From the NCBI GenBank assembly GCA_963823665.1, contig CAWGMQ010000003.1, positions 768,001 through 832,000 of the forward strand: a stretch of DNA of 64,000 nucleotides, given 5' to 3'. Every line of letters starts with the position of its first letter. Position 1 is the stretch's first letter. Below, piece by piece: positions 1 through 9,276 of the stretch. The notes beneath the pieces are model-generated. The model was not told where the DNA came from. It saw only the letters and a list, made by a program, of their open reading frames with translations, and did no database searches. The DNA is from an uncultured Planctomycetota bacterium (lineage in GTDB: Bacteria; Planctomycetota; Planctomycetia; Isosphaerales; Isosphaeraceae). A program made the position numbers and the translations under genes.

Positions 1-101
1 TGAGGATGAATGCCAGCCAGCGAATAGACTGAATGAAGGCAGACTGGACAGCGTCTCCGATCGGGATCAAATATCGGAGTGTGCCGGTACTTGGGAAACA
101 T
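1..101 (-). CDS. Small CxxC...HP(Q) putative zinc-binding protein, 5' part only (runs off window start)
   Basis: Not in the ORF track. Manual translation from ATG at 101 gives MFPKYRHTPIFDPDRRRCPVCLHSVYSLAGIHP..., with GAGGA RBS at 110-106. Resembles the small 'CPVC..VYS..GIHPQC' proteins I recall from planctomycetes. Confidence 0.7.
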   Translation of the reverse strand, partial: MFPKYRHTPIFDPDRRRCPVCLHSVYSLAGIHP

Positions 102-539
102 CTCATCCTCTTGGTGTGACTGGAGCGAGAACTGTGAGAGGAACTTCGATGGTTAGCCAAAACAGGCGATGTGAGACGGAGGAATTTCACCGCTCACCTG
201 GATCGAGGGAGTCGAAGACAGGGGCCTTCTTTGGCTCCTCGGCCGGATGTAGCAAGGGGCCTGGCTATGGCTCCCTGACTGGTACAGGATTCAAGCCACA
301 CTTGGCATTGGGCTGAGTCGCTTTTGACCAAGCGGCTGCCAGGAGAATCGAAAAAGAGCTTGTCCAGTGGTGGGATCGGTTGCTTCGAGATCAGTGACTT
401 CGGTTAGCGAGACGCAGACCGAATCCCCACACTGCTGCGCTCGGATATAGACGAGGAACGCACGCCCTTGGGTGGCGCTCTCCAGATGTCCAAAAGTGGG
501 GCTGATTTCCCGTTTGGGCTCGCTTGCTTTCGAGACGGA

Positions 540-881
540 TTAGCGGATCACGCCTTTGACCAGCTTGGAAAGCCGATAGCCGGTGTCGGTAAGGGCATAG
601 AAATTGTTCTTGCCCTGGCGGCGACGATCGACGATTCCCCCATGCCGCAACAGCGCCAGGTGGTGGCTCACCGCAGGCTGGCTCATGTTAAACTGGTCGC
701 ACAGCGCCCCGACATGGTGCTCACATTCGGAGAGCAGGGTGATGACCTGGAGTCGGGTCGGGTCGCTAACTTGCTTGAGCAGATTAGCTGCCCGCTGAAA
801 GGTCTTTGTACGCAGCAGCGTCTCGTTCGTAGCCAGTGCAGACTTCGTCGCCTTCTTCATCTTAAGGGTTGCCGTTGTCAT
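540..881 (-). CDS. ArsR/SmtB family transcriptional regulator
   Basis: Typical ArsR wHTH: SDPTRLQVITLL...SQPAVSHHLALLRHGGIVDRRRQGKNNFYAL; GGAG RBS upstream. Confidence 0.93.
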   Translation of the reverse strand: MTTATLKMKKATKSALATNETLLRTKTFQRAANLLKQVSDPTRLQVITLLSECEHHVGALCDQFNMSQPAVSHHLALLRHGGIVDRRRQGKNNFYALTDTGYRLSKLVKGVIR

Positions 882-1048
882 CGGAGTCTATCTCCAAAGG
901 GCTGTGACGGGATGGAGGCAGGACAATACATCACCCTGTCCGCATACTGTCTGAGGTGGAAGCGAGGAGGAGAGGATCGTAAAGAGCACCGGCACCAGGC
1001 GATTCAGCATTCCGGTGTCAAAACCTGCCCGCCAACTTGTCTCTCATT

Positions 1049-1077
1049 ATACTATTGTAATGGTCTGACATAGTCAA
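1049..1077 (-). promoter_or_regulatory. Putative sigma70 promoter for the ArsR gene
   Basis: Minus strand TTGACT (1077-1072), 17 nt spacer, TAGTAT (1054-1049) in an AT-rich patch; TGAC-N3-GTCA dyad at 1066-1076 overlaps the -35. Confidence 0.5.
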
Positions 1078-1297
1078 TTTAAAACTATTTGCATTTACTG
1101 ACTTTGTATGGGTTTATTCTATGACGACCCGGTTGGCAGCTCGCCGGAGGTGGGCACCAGCACCCACGGCTTCGGACCCGGTGCGGCGACCCGCTACCTG
1201 AACGATGTGATCACCCTCCAATTCAGTGTGCCCTCGATGGGAGGGATGATTTGCGAGTCCGGGCATTCACGGTCCGTTGCCGGCGGTCGGCATGAAC

Positions 1298-1606
1298 TCA
1301 TCCACGGGAGCTCGTCATTTCGAGAAATACGCCGTAACGTTGCCGCTCATGTCCGTCAAGCAGGTCCGTCCATCCAACGATCGGCGACTCCAGTCTCGTT
1401 CGTTGTGATTCAAACTCCCTTCTGGCGATAACATCCCCGATTACGACCAACCACCGGTGCGGCGGCTCATCCGCTGAATCAGCTTCCTTTGGGAGCGGTA
1501 CGGAGACGAACACGTCGCCGCTGCTGTCGATGCAAGGCATCTGGAATAGCCAGGACTCATAGCCCACGAGACGGGGTGGGAGTTCCGTTTCCCAAGAATC
1601 TGCCAT
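1298..1606 (-). pseudogene. Probable N-terminal fragment of a PP2C/SpoIIE-type phosphatase domain
   Basis: PPRLVGYE...SSGDVFVSVPL...RWLVVIGDV resembles the first two PP2C motifs (GGD and GDV); similarity stops right after GDV. Confidence 0.45.
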
Positions 1607-1782
1607 GAATCTGGTCCTTCACCAAAAGATTGGGCGGATTTCGTAGGGCGTCGTTCGTCGATCGGGAACTGCTCGCCAATTATCTCAAACTTGTTGATCG
1701 TTGACGACGACTGATTGAGCACAAGAGAATCGTGGAAAGGCTTGGGGGTTGCTGCCCCACTTGGATCGAGAGTCGGGGATTC

Positions 1783-2010
1783 ATGTCGAATCGAAGATCT
1801 CCAGGCGAGGAGCTACTCGAAGTTAGCCCTTACCTGCGAAAATGGCTGAACACCTGCGGAGCGTGCTGCCATGTCGGACACAAGCCAGATTGTCCCGACA
1901 CGGGTCCTGTCTATTGGAAACTCAAGCGTTGCTTCCCGCTTCTCGAATTGAATCAAGTGGGATTGTGTCCAACATGTGAACAGATGCCACAAACGCCCCG
2001 AGACTTTTGA
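1783..2010 (+). CDS. Small hypothetical protein with two CxxC pairs (putative zinc ribbon)
   Basis: KWLNTCGACCHVGHKP...LELNQVGLCPTCE; ATG 1783 preceded by GGGGA. Confidence 0.6.
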   Translation: MSNRRSPGEELLEVSPYLRKWLNTCGACCHVGHKPDCPDTGPVYWKLKRCFPLLELNQVGLCPTCEQMPQTPRDF

Positions 2011-2303
2011 AGTCATCATCTCGTTCGCACGTTCCGTTTGCAGGCCATCCTGTCATTGAGTGGCGAATAGGAGTTGCGTGATGGATGCGTCCCCCCCGAA
2101 ATTGCCGTCATGCCGTCAGCGCCTTACTGGGACTAGACTTACGTCTGACGGCGCCTTTTGGCCATAAAATGCTAATCGACTCATATCTTTTCGTACATGA
2201 GATTTACGCCTGACGGCACTTGTGTCGGATCCGCGATTTTCCGGTCCCCTCGATCCCCGTTGGCTCGAAACGCATCGGATGCCTCCGCTAATGGGTGGCA
2301 GTA

Positions 2304-2368
2304 CGTAGGGTGGGTGCAACCCACCGGTCGTAATACGATATGGGATGGTGGGTTACACCCACCCTACG
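2304..2368. repeat. GTAG-family REP-like inverted doublet
   Basis: CGTAGGGTGGGTGCAACCCACC (2304-2325) and its reverse complement at 2347-2368 with 1 mismatch in 22; each arm has an internal GGTGGG/CCCACC palindrome. Confidence 0.8.
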
Positions 2369-2557
2369 ACGGGACCGGCGGGTCGGTCGCGCCTCGAATG
2401 GCGTCGAGGAGTGTTACCCGCGCTTGAACCACGCCGAAAAAGTGGCAGTGTTACGATCCCTCTCCAACATCCGTACACTAGTGTAAACCGGCCGCCTTCT
2501 GAATCCCGATCTTGATCTGAATTCAGTCCGCACCGCGCGCCGGCGCAGGCACCGAAA

Positions 2558-2638
2558 GGCCGACGCTCCTGTCGGCACACCCCCCGTTTCCCGCGCCAAC
2601 CGGCCGCTGCGTCCTAAGGGCCGACACTCCCGTCGGCC
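2558..2638. repeat. Two direct copies of a small palindrome GCCGAC-N7-GTCGGC
   Basis: ggccgacgctcctgtcggc (~2558-2576) and ggccgacactcccgtcggcc (~2619-2638). Confidence 0.6.
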
Positions 2639-2656
2639 ACGGCCCGGCCATGTCCC

Positions 2657-2705
2657 GCCCCAACGGGGCGCAGGTCAAGAGCGAGGGGCTTCGAGCCCCT
2701 GGAAC
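2657..2705. repeat. REP-like element, copy 1 (GCCCCAACGGGGC...GGGCTTCGAGCCC)
   Basis: Two short hairpins; second copy at 36892-36939 matches 39 of 49 alignment columns (manual). Confidence 0.7.
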
Positions 2706-2830
2706 ACTTCCCTCGGTAATGAATGAATTCCTCCAATCTCCGCGTGTGCCTCCAGAACGCAGGCCGTGGCATGCACCACCTCCCAGCGGTGCAAAGCGCC
2801 GCCGCACTGCGCACCCCCTCATCCACAATA

Positions 2831-2910
2831 TATGCGGCGAGCTTGCAGATTCCGCCGGCGTTCGACCGGGAGATTTCCAGAAAGATTCCGGGTTCCAACG
2901 ATCCGACCGA
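2831..2910 (-). repeat. 80-bp conserved non-coding element, copy A
   Basis: Reverse complement aligns ungapped to 26969-27048 at 65/80 positions (manual count). Confidence 0.8.
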
Positions 2911-3009
2911 TTCATGGACAATATTCATTCTTTATGCGCGCGCGGCGCGAACGGAAGACCCGCGCCAGCGCGCGTCTCGCGGTGAGACGGAACCCGGTCG
3001 GGTTCGGAA

Positions 3010-3288
3010 TCACTCCTCGGGCCGCCTCAAAACCCGCCCGGTCGCCAGCGCAATCGACGAGACAACCCATCGCCCGGCCGACTCTTCCTCGGCGTCGGCC
3101 TCGAATCCTTTGCCGGCAACATGATCCGGGTCGAGCGAACCATCGCCGAGCAATAGATCGTACGGGACCACCAGAGTGCGCGGCTGGCCTGCCCCGACCC
3201 CTTGCACCTTGAGCGTCATCTCGATGCGGTCCGAGCCGGGCGGGTTCTCTTCGAGCGTCCCGGACCGTACAATTCCCTTGATCTGCAC
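3010..3288 (-). CDS. Hypothetical protein
   Basis: 92-aa ORF with GC3-rich codon usage, GTG start with AGGGA RBS, globular-looking sequence. Confidence 0.7.
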   Translation of the reverse strand: MQIKGIVRSGTLEENPPGSDRIEMTLKVQGVGAGQPRTLVVPYDLLLGDGSLDPDHVAGKGFEADAEEESAGRWVVSSIALATGRVLRRPEE

Positions 3289-3498
3289 AATGTGTCCCTG
3301 CCGGCGATGGAGTGATCGAACTTATCGTCACAGGCGATCCGCAAAAAGTCGTTCAACCATTCCATCATGGCGTCCTTGATCGCAGAATGTCAGTGGGTCG
3401 CGTGTTGTGCAGTGAGTGCTTGACGGGTCGCCGATCCGATCGCGCGACCTCGGCGATTGTGCCGTCGCGTGAAGGAGTCTCTGGAAACCGCCCCCTCG

Positions 3499-4304
3499 AT
3501 GTTGCCCCGAACCAAGATTGCGCGCCTGGACGCACCCATCGTGCTGGCCCATGGCCTGTTCGGCTTCACCCGGATCGGCCTTGGCCCCGTCACGCTCACT
3601 CCGTACTTTCGGACGATTCCCGACGTTCTGATCTCGGCGGGCAACCGCGTGCTCATCACGCGCGTGCCGTCCATCGCGGGAGTCGAGCGGCGTGCCGCGC
3701 GCCTCGGCGAGCAGATCCTGAAGGCGTTCCCCGACGAGCCGGTCCACGTGATCGGCCACAGCATGGGCGGTCTCGACGCACGCCGTCTGCTGGCAAACCC
3801 AGTCTGGCAGCGGCGCATCAAAAGCCTCTCGACCATCGGCACGCCCCACCAGGGAACCGCTCTGGCCGACTTCGCCAAGCTGCGGGTCGGCCGCATCTTC
3901 CGCTTGCTGAGCTCGATGGGAATCGATCCCCAGGGCTGCCTCGACATCACCCGCCGCGCCGCTCGGCGATTCAATCGCAAGTACCCTGCACCTCGGGACC
4001 TCCCGTGCTTCTCGGTTGCCGGCACCCCGACTCCCGAAACGGTATGCTGGCCCCTCACCCGCACTTTCGCGGCACTCTCGGAGCTCGAAGGGCCCAACGA
4101 TGGCTTGGTCCCCGTCGACTCGGCACTTGCCTTCGGCACTCCCCTGCCCCACTGGCCCGTCGATCACCTCCGCCAGATGAACTGGATGGAACGCGACGAA
4201 TCTCACCGCCCGCTCGCACCCGCCGATCGAGCTCTACGCCCACCTGGTCGCTCATCTCGCATCGCTGGGATTCGAAAGCAGGTTCCTCTGCGCCCCTGCC
4301 CTGA
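3499..4304 (+). CDS. Triacylglycerol lipase / alpha-beta hydrolase (C-terminus frameshifted)
   Basis: PIVLAHGLFG oxyanion motif, GHSMGG nucleophile elbow, TIGTPHQG, NDGLV, DH. A plausible C-terminal helix IELYAHLVAHLASLGF lies in another frame after ~4220, so the end is approximate. Confidence 0.85.
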
Positions 4305-4346
4305 ACGAGCAGAACGAATCAGCCGAAGGGGACGCCCCGGAGGATC

Positions 4347-5875
4347 ATGATGCCGTCGGAACGAGACTGGACTCGCCGCGATGTTCTGAAGAGCCGCCAC
4401 GGCGGGCGGGCTGGCCTGCGGCCGTGAGTGCCGGGAACGGCGCAGCCAGCGAGCCTGCCACGGCTGATCCCGAGCGAATCCGCCGCGAGAACGAACACCC
4501 GGGCACCCGGGAGTGGATGACGACCAACGTCCGCATCGATCCGGCCACGAAGTATCGCAGCCCATGGATCGAAGGCTATGTCTCGAGGACGAGCGTCCGG
4601 CCCGGCGAAACGCTCTCTGTTCATGTCAGCACTAATCCTGCATCGCCGTTCATGCTCGAGATCTATCGGCTCGGTTACTACCAGGGGCACGGCGGACGCT
4701 TCATGATGAAGGTCGGGCCGTTCAAGGGAACGGTGCAGCCCGACCCGCCCGTTGGGCCCAAGCGGCTGCGCGAGTGCACATGGGCCCCGTGCACGTCGAT
4801 CACGATCCCCGCCGATTGGACGAGCGGCGTTTACCTGGGCAAGCTGACGGCCGAGCGCGAAAAGCTCCAGAGCTACGTGATCTTCGTCGTCCGCGACGAT
4901 CGCCAGGCCGACTTTCTCTTCCAGGTCTCTGACACGACATGGAACGCTTACAACCGCTGGCCCAGCCAGTATTCGCTCTACGATGACGGCAAGAAGGTCT
5001 GGTACTGGGGCCCGAACGTTCAGACGAGCTTTGATCGTCCGTACGGCAAGTATTGCCAGATCGTCGATGCTCCGCTTTCCGTCGGCTCGGGCGAATTCCT
5101 GCTCTGGGAATTTCCGCTGGCTTACTGGATGGAGCAACACGGATACGACGTCACGTACATCTCGAATCTCGACACGCACTCCGACCCGCGAGGCCTCACG
5201 CGTGCCAAGGGATGGCTCTCCGTGGGCCATGACGAGTACTGGTCGCTCGCGATGTTCGAGACGATGATGCAGATGGTGTCAAAGGGATTGAACCTGGCCT
5301 TTCTGTCCGGTAACAGCATTTGCGGCGTGATCGACGTGAGCCCGTCCGAGGACGGTCGCCCCGGCCGTATTATCGAGCGCGTTGGCCGCTATGGCTCACC
5401 GCAAAAGGTCGAGATCGAGAACGGTTTTCCCGAGGAAGCCCTGTTCACCAAGAATGGACCGAACGAAGCGACGCTCATGGGTGCCCGCAGCACGTGGCCG
5501 ACCACCGGCGGCGGCGACTGGACTTGCCGCAAGCCCGGCCACTGGCTCTTCGCCGACACAGGCATGAAGGAAGGCGATGGCATCCCCGGCCTGGTCGGAT
5601 GGGAATGGCATGGCGACCCCGCCCGGATTCCGGGTCTCGAGATCGTTGCCAGCGGCAAGACCACGAGCCCGCGCGACGAAGGGCTCTACACCGCCACGAT
5701 TTACCCTGGGCCCAAGGGCAACTTCGTCTTCAACGCCGCAACGATCTGGTGGTCCGACGGCCTCTCCGAGCCGCCAGGTTATATCCGTCCCGCTGTTTAC
5801 ACCCGTCCCCACGGCCCCGACAAGCGCGTCCAGCAAATCACAAGGAACCTGCTTGAGCGCATGCGAAACGCCTGA
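4347..5875 (+). CDS. N,N-dimethylformamidase beta-subunit-like (DUF6605) protein with probable Tat signal (frameshift near 4400)
   Basis: IEGYVSRTSV...EIYRLGYY, TTWNAYNRW, SFDRPY, SVGHDEYWS motifs; GGAGG RBS then MMPSERDWTRRDVLK in a different frame. Confidence 0.82.
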
Positions 5876-5915
5876 TCGAGCGCCCGGTGTCGCCGTATGC
5901 TCGGTTACGGGGCGC

Positions 5916-8018
5916 TCAGCTTACAGATCCGCCCGGCGCGCCTTCGATCGTTACCGCGCCCTTGTCGAGCACCGCAACGGCCGTGCCACCCGGCTGGCCG
6001 TCCTGATTGCCGTCAATCAACCGGCCTTCGGCGTCCTGTAGCCCTGATGGCGAATTCCCGTTGATCGTGAGCATGATCGGCCTTTTCAACTCGAATGGAG
6101 TCCTTGGAATGAGGGTCACCGTGTCGGGCTCGCTGGCAGCGAAATAATCCACGTTGCTCACTTTGATCACTGCCGCATTCTTGCCGGCGAAAGATCCGTT
6201 ATTTGCTCCCATCACCAAGCGGTACAGCCCCCTGTCCGGCGCAAGGCTGGCGTCGAGGCCGCTGCTGAAAGTCAAGATGATCTCCGAGACCTTGTGCCTT
6301 TTGATAATTGGAACGACATTGGTCAATGTGACAGGCGGCGGGTCCACCGCGAGCGTGGTCGCGCCGGTGAGTCCCTGATAGGTGGCGCTGATCGAGGACG
6401 GCCCCGCCGTGTTCCCACTCGCGAGTCCCGCCGGCGAGATCGTCGCCACCGATGGATTGGCCGACGCCCAGGATACGAGGCTCGTCAGGTTCTGAGTCGA
6501 GCCGTCCGAATACAGTCCGGATGCAGTGAGCTGATCGGCCGTGCCCTCGAGGATGCTCGGGGCCGCCGGAGTGATCAGGATCGACTCCAGGACCGCAGGC
6601 GTGACCGTCAACGACGTCGAGCCAGTCACCCCCTCGAACGTCGCGCTGATCGACGACGTGCCGGTCGCAAGCGCCGGCGCGGAGCCAATCGATCCGGATG
6701 TGTTCGAGATCGTCGCCGTCGCGGTGTTTGTCGAGGACCATGTCATGTCATTCGTGAGGTTTTGAGTCGAGCCGTCGGCGAACGTGCCGGTCGCCGTGAA
6801 CTGCTGCGTTTCCCCCTTCGGAACGTCCGGATTGGCCGGAGTAATCGCGATCGACTCCAGCTCGGGCGTGACCTCCAGCGTCGCGCTACCCGTGATTCCG
6901 TCCACGGCGGCGCTGATCGTGGAGCTTCCCTTTGCCACGCCCGTGGCGAGTCCTTGCGAGCCGGATGTATTGGAAATGCTCGCCACCGAGGCTGCGCCGG
7001 ATGCCCAGTTCACCGCCGTCGTCAAGTTCTGGGTCGTGTTGTCCGTGAACGTGCCCGTGACGCTGAATTGCTCCGTGCCTCCGACCTCGATCAACGGATC
7101 AGCCGGCGTGATTGCCAGGGATTTGAGCACGGCGGAGCCGACGGTGAGCGCCGTGGAGCCGGTCACCCCGTCGATCGTGGCGCTGATCGTGGTCGTTCCC
7201 AGTCCCACACCGGTGGCCACGCCTTGTGACCCCGAAGCACCGGAGACCGTCGCCACCGAGGGCGCACTGGATGACCAGCTAACCTGGCTGGTGAGGTTCT
7301 GTGTCGAGTTGTCGGTGAACGTCCCGATCGCAGTCAACGCATCGGTCGCCCCGTTCGGAACGCTGGAGCTCGCCGGTGTGACGGAAATCGAAGCGAGGGT
7401 CACCGTCGCCGAGACGACGAACGGAGTACCGCCATCGTTGATGGGCGCTCCCGGATAAACGGCCGATGTCCCCACCGGCACGCCGGAGTAGATCTGCGAA
7501 TTCCCGTCGACTGTTGAGGGCGGGTCAGTGCTGATAAACGAAAAATTCAAGGAGCTTCCTGGCTGGATGTCATTGCTCGCACTGTTGGCGACGAATTGAA
7601 TACCGTAGCCGTCACTTCCGCCGCCGCTGGTTACCTGCGCGGTCCAGCCGGAGGGCGCGGTCACGGAAATGGGATAACTGGAAAGGTAATCCTGACCGGG
7701 CATCCATGCGTACCAGAATGATCCGATTGCCGAGCCGCTCTGACTCGAGTTCGTAAGAGCGATCGAGTAGTCATAGACGCCGGAACCCGCGGTATCACTG
7801 ATCACACCGCTCGCGATGATGTTGGTCCCCGACGTACTGCTACCCGATGAGTTGCTGTTCCCTCCGGTCGCAATGATGCTGGAAAGCAGCGCGCGCGATT
7901 CGAGCGATTCAACCCCCAGGAATCGAGCCGCTCTTCCCCGGCGCTGCCGGGTCAACCCGCCGGAGGCGATTGCCCCACGTACCTGGTCAATTCGTCTGCC
8001 GAGGTAAGCAAGAGGCAT
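5916..8018 (-). CDS. Secreted/surface protein with four tandem bacterial Ig-like (Big_2) repeats
   Basis: Planctomycete-type N-terminal GVESLESRALLS motif; four ~87-aa repeats L.SI.ITP...TATG.F.D.STQNLT..V.W.S....A.IS; C-terminal LIDGNQDGQPGG domain. Confidence 0.88.
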   Translation of the reverse strand: MPLAYLGRRIDQVRGAIASGGLTRQRRGRAARFLGVESLESRALLSSIIATGGNSNSSGSSTSGTNIIASGVISDTAGSGVYDYSIALTNSSQSGSAIGSFWYAWMPGQDYLSSYPISVTAPSGWTAQVTSGGGSDGYGIQFVANSASNDIQPGSSLNFSFISTDPPSTVDGNSQIYSGVPVGTSAVYPGAPINDGGTPFVVSATVTLASISVTPASSSVPNGATDALTAIGTFTDNSTQNLTSQVSWSSSAPSVATVSGASGSQGVATGVGLGTTTISATIDGVTGSTALTVGSAVLKSLAITPADPLIEVGGTEQFSVTGTFTDNTTQNLTTAVNWASGAASVASISNTSGSQGLATGVAKGSSTISAAVDGITGSATLEVTPELESIAITPANPDVPKGETQQFTATGTFADGSTQNLTNDMTWSSTNTATATISNTSGSIGSAPALATGTSSISATFEGVTGSTSLTVTPAVLESILITPAAPSILEGTADQLTASGLYSDGSTQNLTSLVSWASANPSVATISPAGLASGNTAGPSSISATYQGLTGATTLAVDPPPVTLTNVVPIIKRHKVSEIILTFSSGLDASLAPDRGLYRLVMGANNGSFAGKNAAVIKVSNVDYFAASEPDTVTLIPRTPFELKRPIMLTINGNSPSGLQDAEGRLIDGNQDGQPGGTAVAVLDKGAVTIEGAPGGSVS

Positions 8019-8436
8019 GACTTTATCCTGACTGAAGTGGGAAGCGCCTCCGCTTTTCGTTCGACCCCGCAGTAGGGGGCGCAGTCACAACCGTGTGGCG
8101 ACTGATTGACGGAAAGCTTGGCACCGCGAAGTGATGTTAGAAATGCACTCGGCCGAGGACGACGAGAGCTCTGCCGGTTGAACCGGCGCGGGCGGGATGT
8201 GTGTGGTCGGATGGTCCCTTCGAGTATCGCTTGGGCGCGAACCCGGGGCCATTCCGTTTTCGTGCATCGGTCGTCGCCCCGCCTTGACTTGAGTTTTCGC
8301 ATAACTTGACGAAGCGCTCGTCGAGCATCGAGGCGCGGCGCTCGCCCATCCTACCCGAATTGCCACCTCGATCGTTCCGAAATGGGGGGATCACCAACTC
8401 GACGTGGCGGCCTACGTTTCGATCGTCGCACCGGTC

Positions 8437-9276
8437 TTACTGAGAATCGCAACGGCGTTGCCACCCGGCTGGCCTTGGGGCCGCGCCGGAGCTGCGCCTT
8501 GCGAAAACGATCCATCCTCCTGCCCGAAACTGATGAGCCAGCCACGGCTTGGCGATCGGTGCCGCCGAGACCTCGTCGAGCGGAATGACTTTGTCTACGC
8601 GCAGCCCGGCGGAGCGTAGGTCACGCTTGAGCTCGCCCCATCGATAAAGGTGGACATACATGCTGTTGATTCCCCGATAATCCATGCGGCGATCGCCAGG
8701 TGAATCGCGGCGCGCGAGCACGTTCGCGGCATGACGCAGCAGCCAGCGCCGGCCCTGCGGATCCCGCAGGTTGAGCCATAGATTATGGACGTGCAGGGCG
8801 ATGCGGCCACCCGGCCGCAAAATCCGGCTCGCCTCCTCAATCGCCCGGCGCCGTGAAGCCCGACCGCGAATCATTCCGAGCGTGCTGAACATGGAAATGG
8901 CGTAGTCAAAGCACTGATCCGGCACGCATTGGAGCTGGCAGAGGTTGGCCTGAATGCGCAGCAGGTCGACCCCCGCTTCCCCGGCCTTCTTCCCGACGAC
9001 GTGTAGCATCGAGCGCGAAAGGTCGACTGCCGTGACCGAGAACCCGCGCTGCGCGAAGTGAATCGAGTGTCTGCCTGCACCGCACCCAAGATCGATGAGC
9101 CGTCCGGGCACGGTGAAGCACTCGTCGAGTGCGCGCCGGTCAGCCTGAAAGAGCGGGTGCCCTTCGAAATAAGCATCCTCGTCCGCGGCCAGTCGCGGCG
9201 TATGCGTGTATTGCCAGAGGGGCGCATCAACACCATCGGGCAATCGCCAGGCGGGAGGAATTCGTGCGAGGTTCAT
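8437..9276 (-). CDS. Class I SAM-dependent methyltransferase
   Basis: LIDLGCGAGR motif I, VTAVDLS, RILRPGG. Confidence 0.88.
   Translation of the reverse strand: MNLARIPPAWRLPDGVDAPLWQYTHTPRLAADEDAYFEGHPLFQADRRALDECFTVPGRLIDLGCGAGRHSIHFAQRGFSVTAVDLSRSMLHVVGKKAGEAGVDLLRIQANLCQLQCVPDQCFDYAISMFSTLGMIRGRASRRRAIEEASRILRPGGRIALHVHNLWLNLRDPQGRRWLLRHAANVLARRDSPGDRRMDYRGINSMYVHLYRWGELKRDLRSAGLRVDKVIPLDEVSAAPIAKPWLAHQFRAGGWIVFARRSSGAAPRPAGWQRRCDSQ

Noticed and set aside
1108..1431. 107-aa plus-strand ORF and an antisense 'LEGDHIV' HNH-like word
   Set aside because: No downstream HNH Asn/His or Cys pattern and no family resemblance; likely chance.
6345..7400. DNA-level tandem repeats of ~260 bp
   Set aside because: Fully explained by the four Ig-like protein repeats.
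8020..8430. Possible riboswitch upstream of the Ig-repeat gene
   Set aside because: Only short GC hairpins; no c-di-GMP, cobalamin, TPP or SAM consensus recognised by eye.
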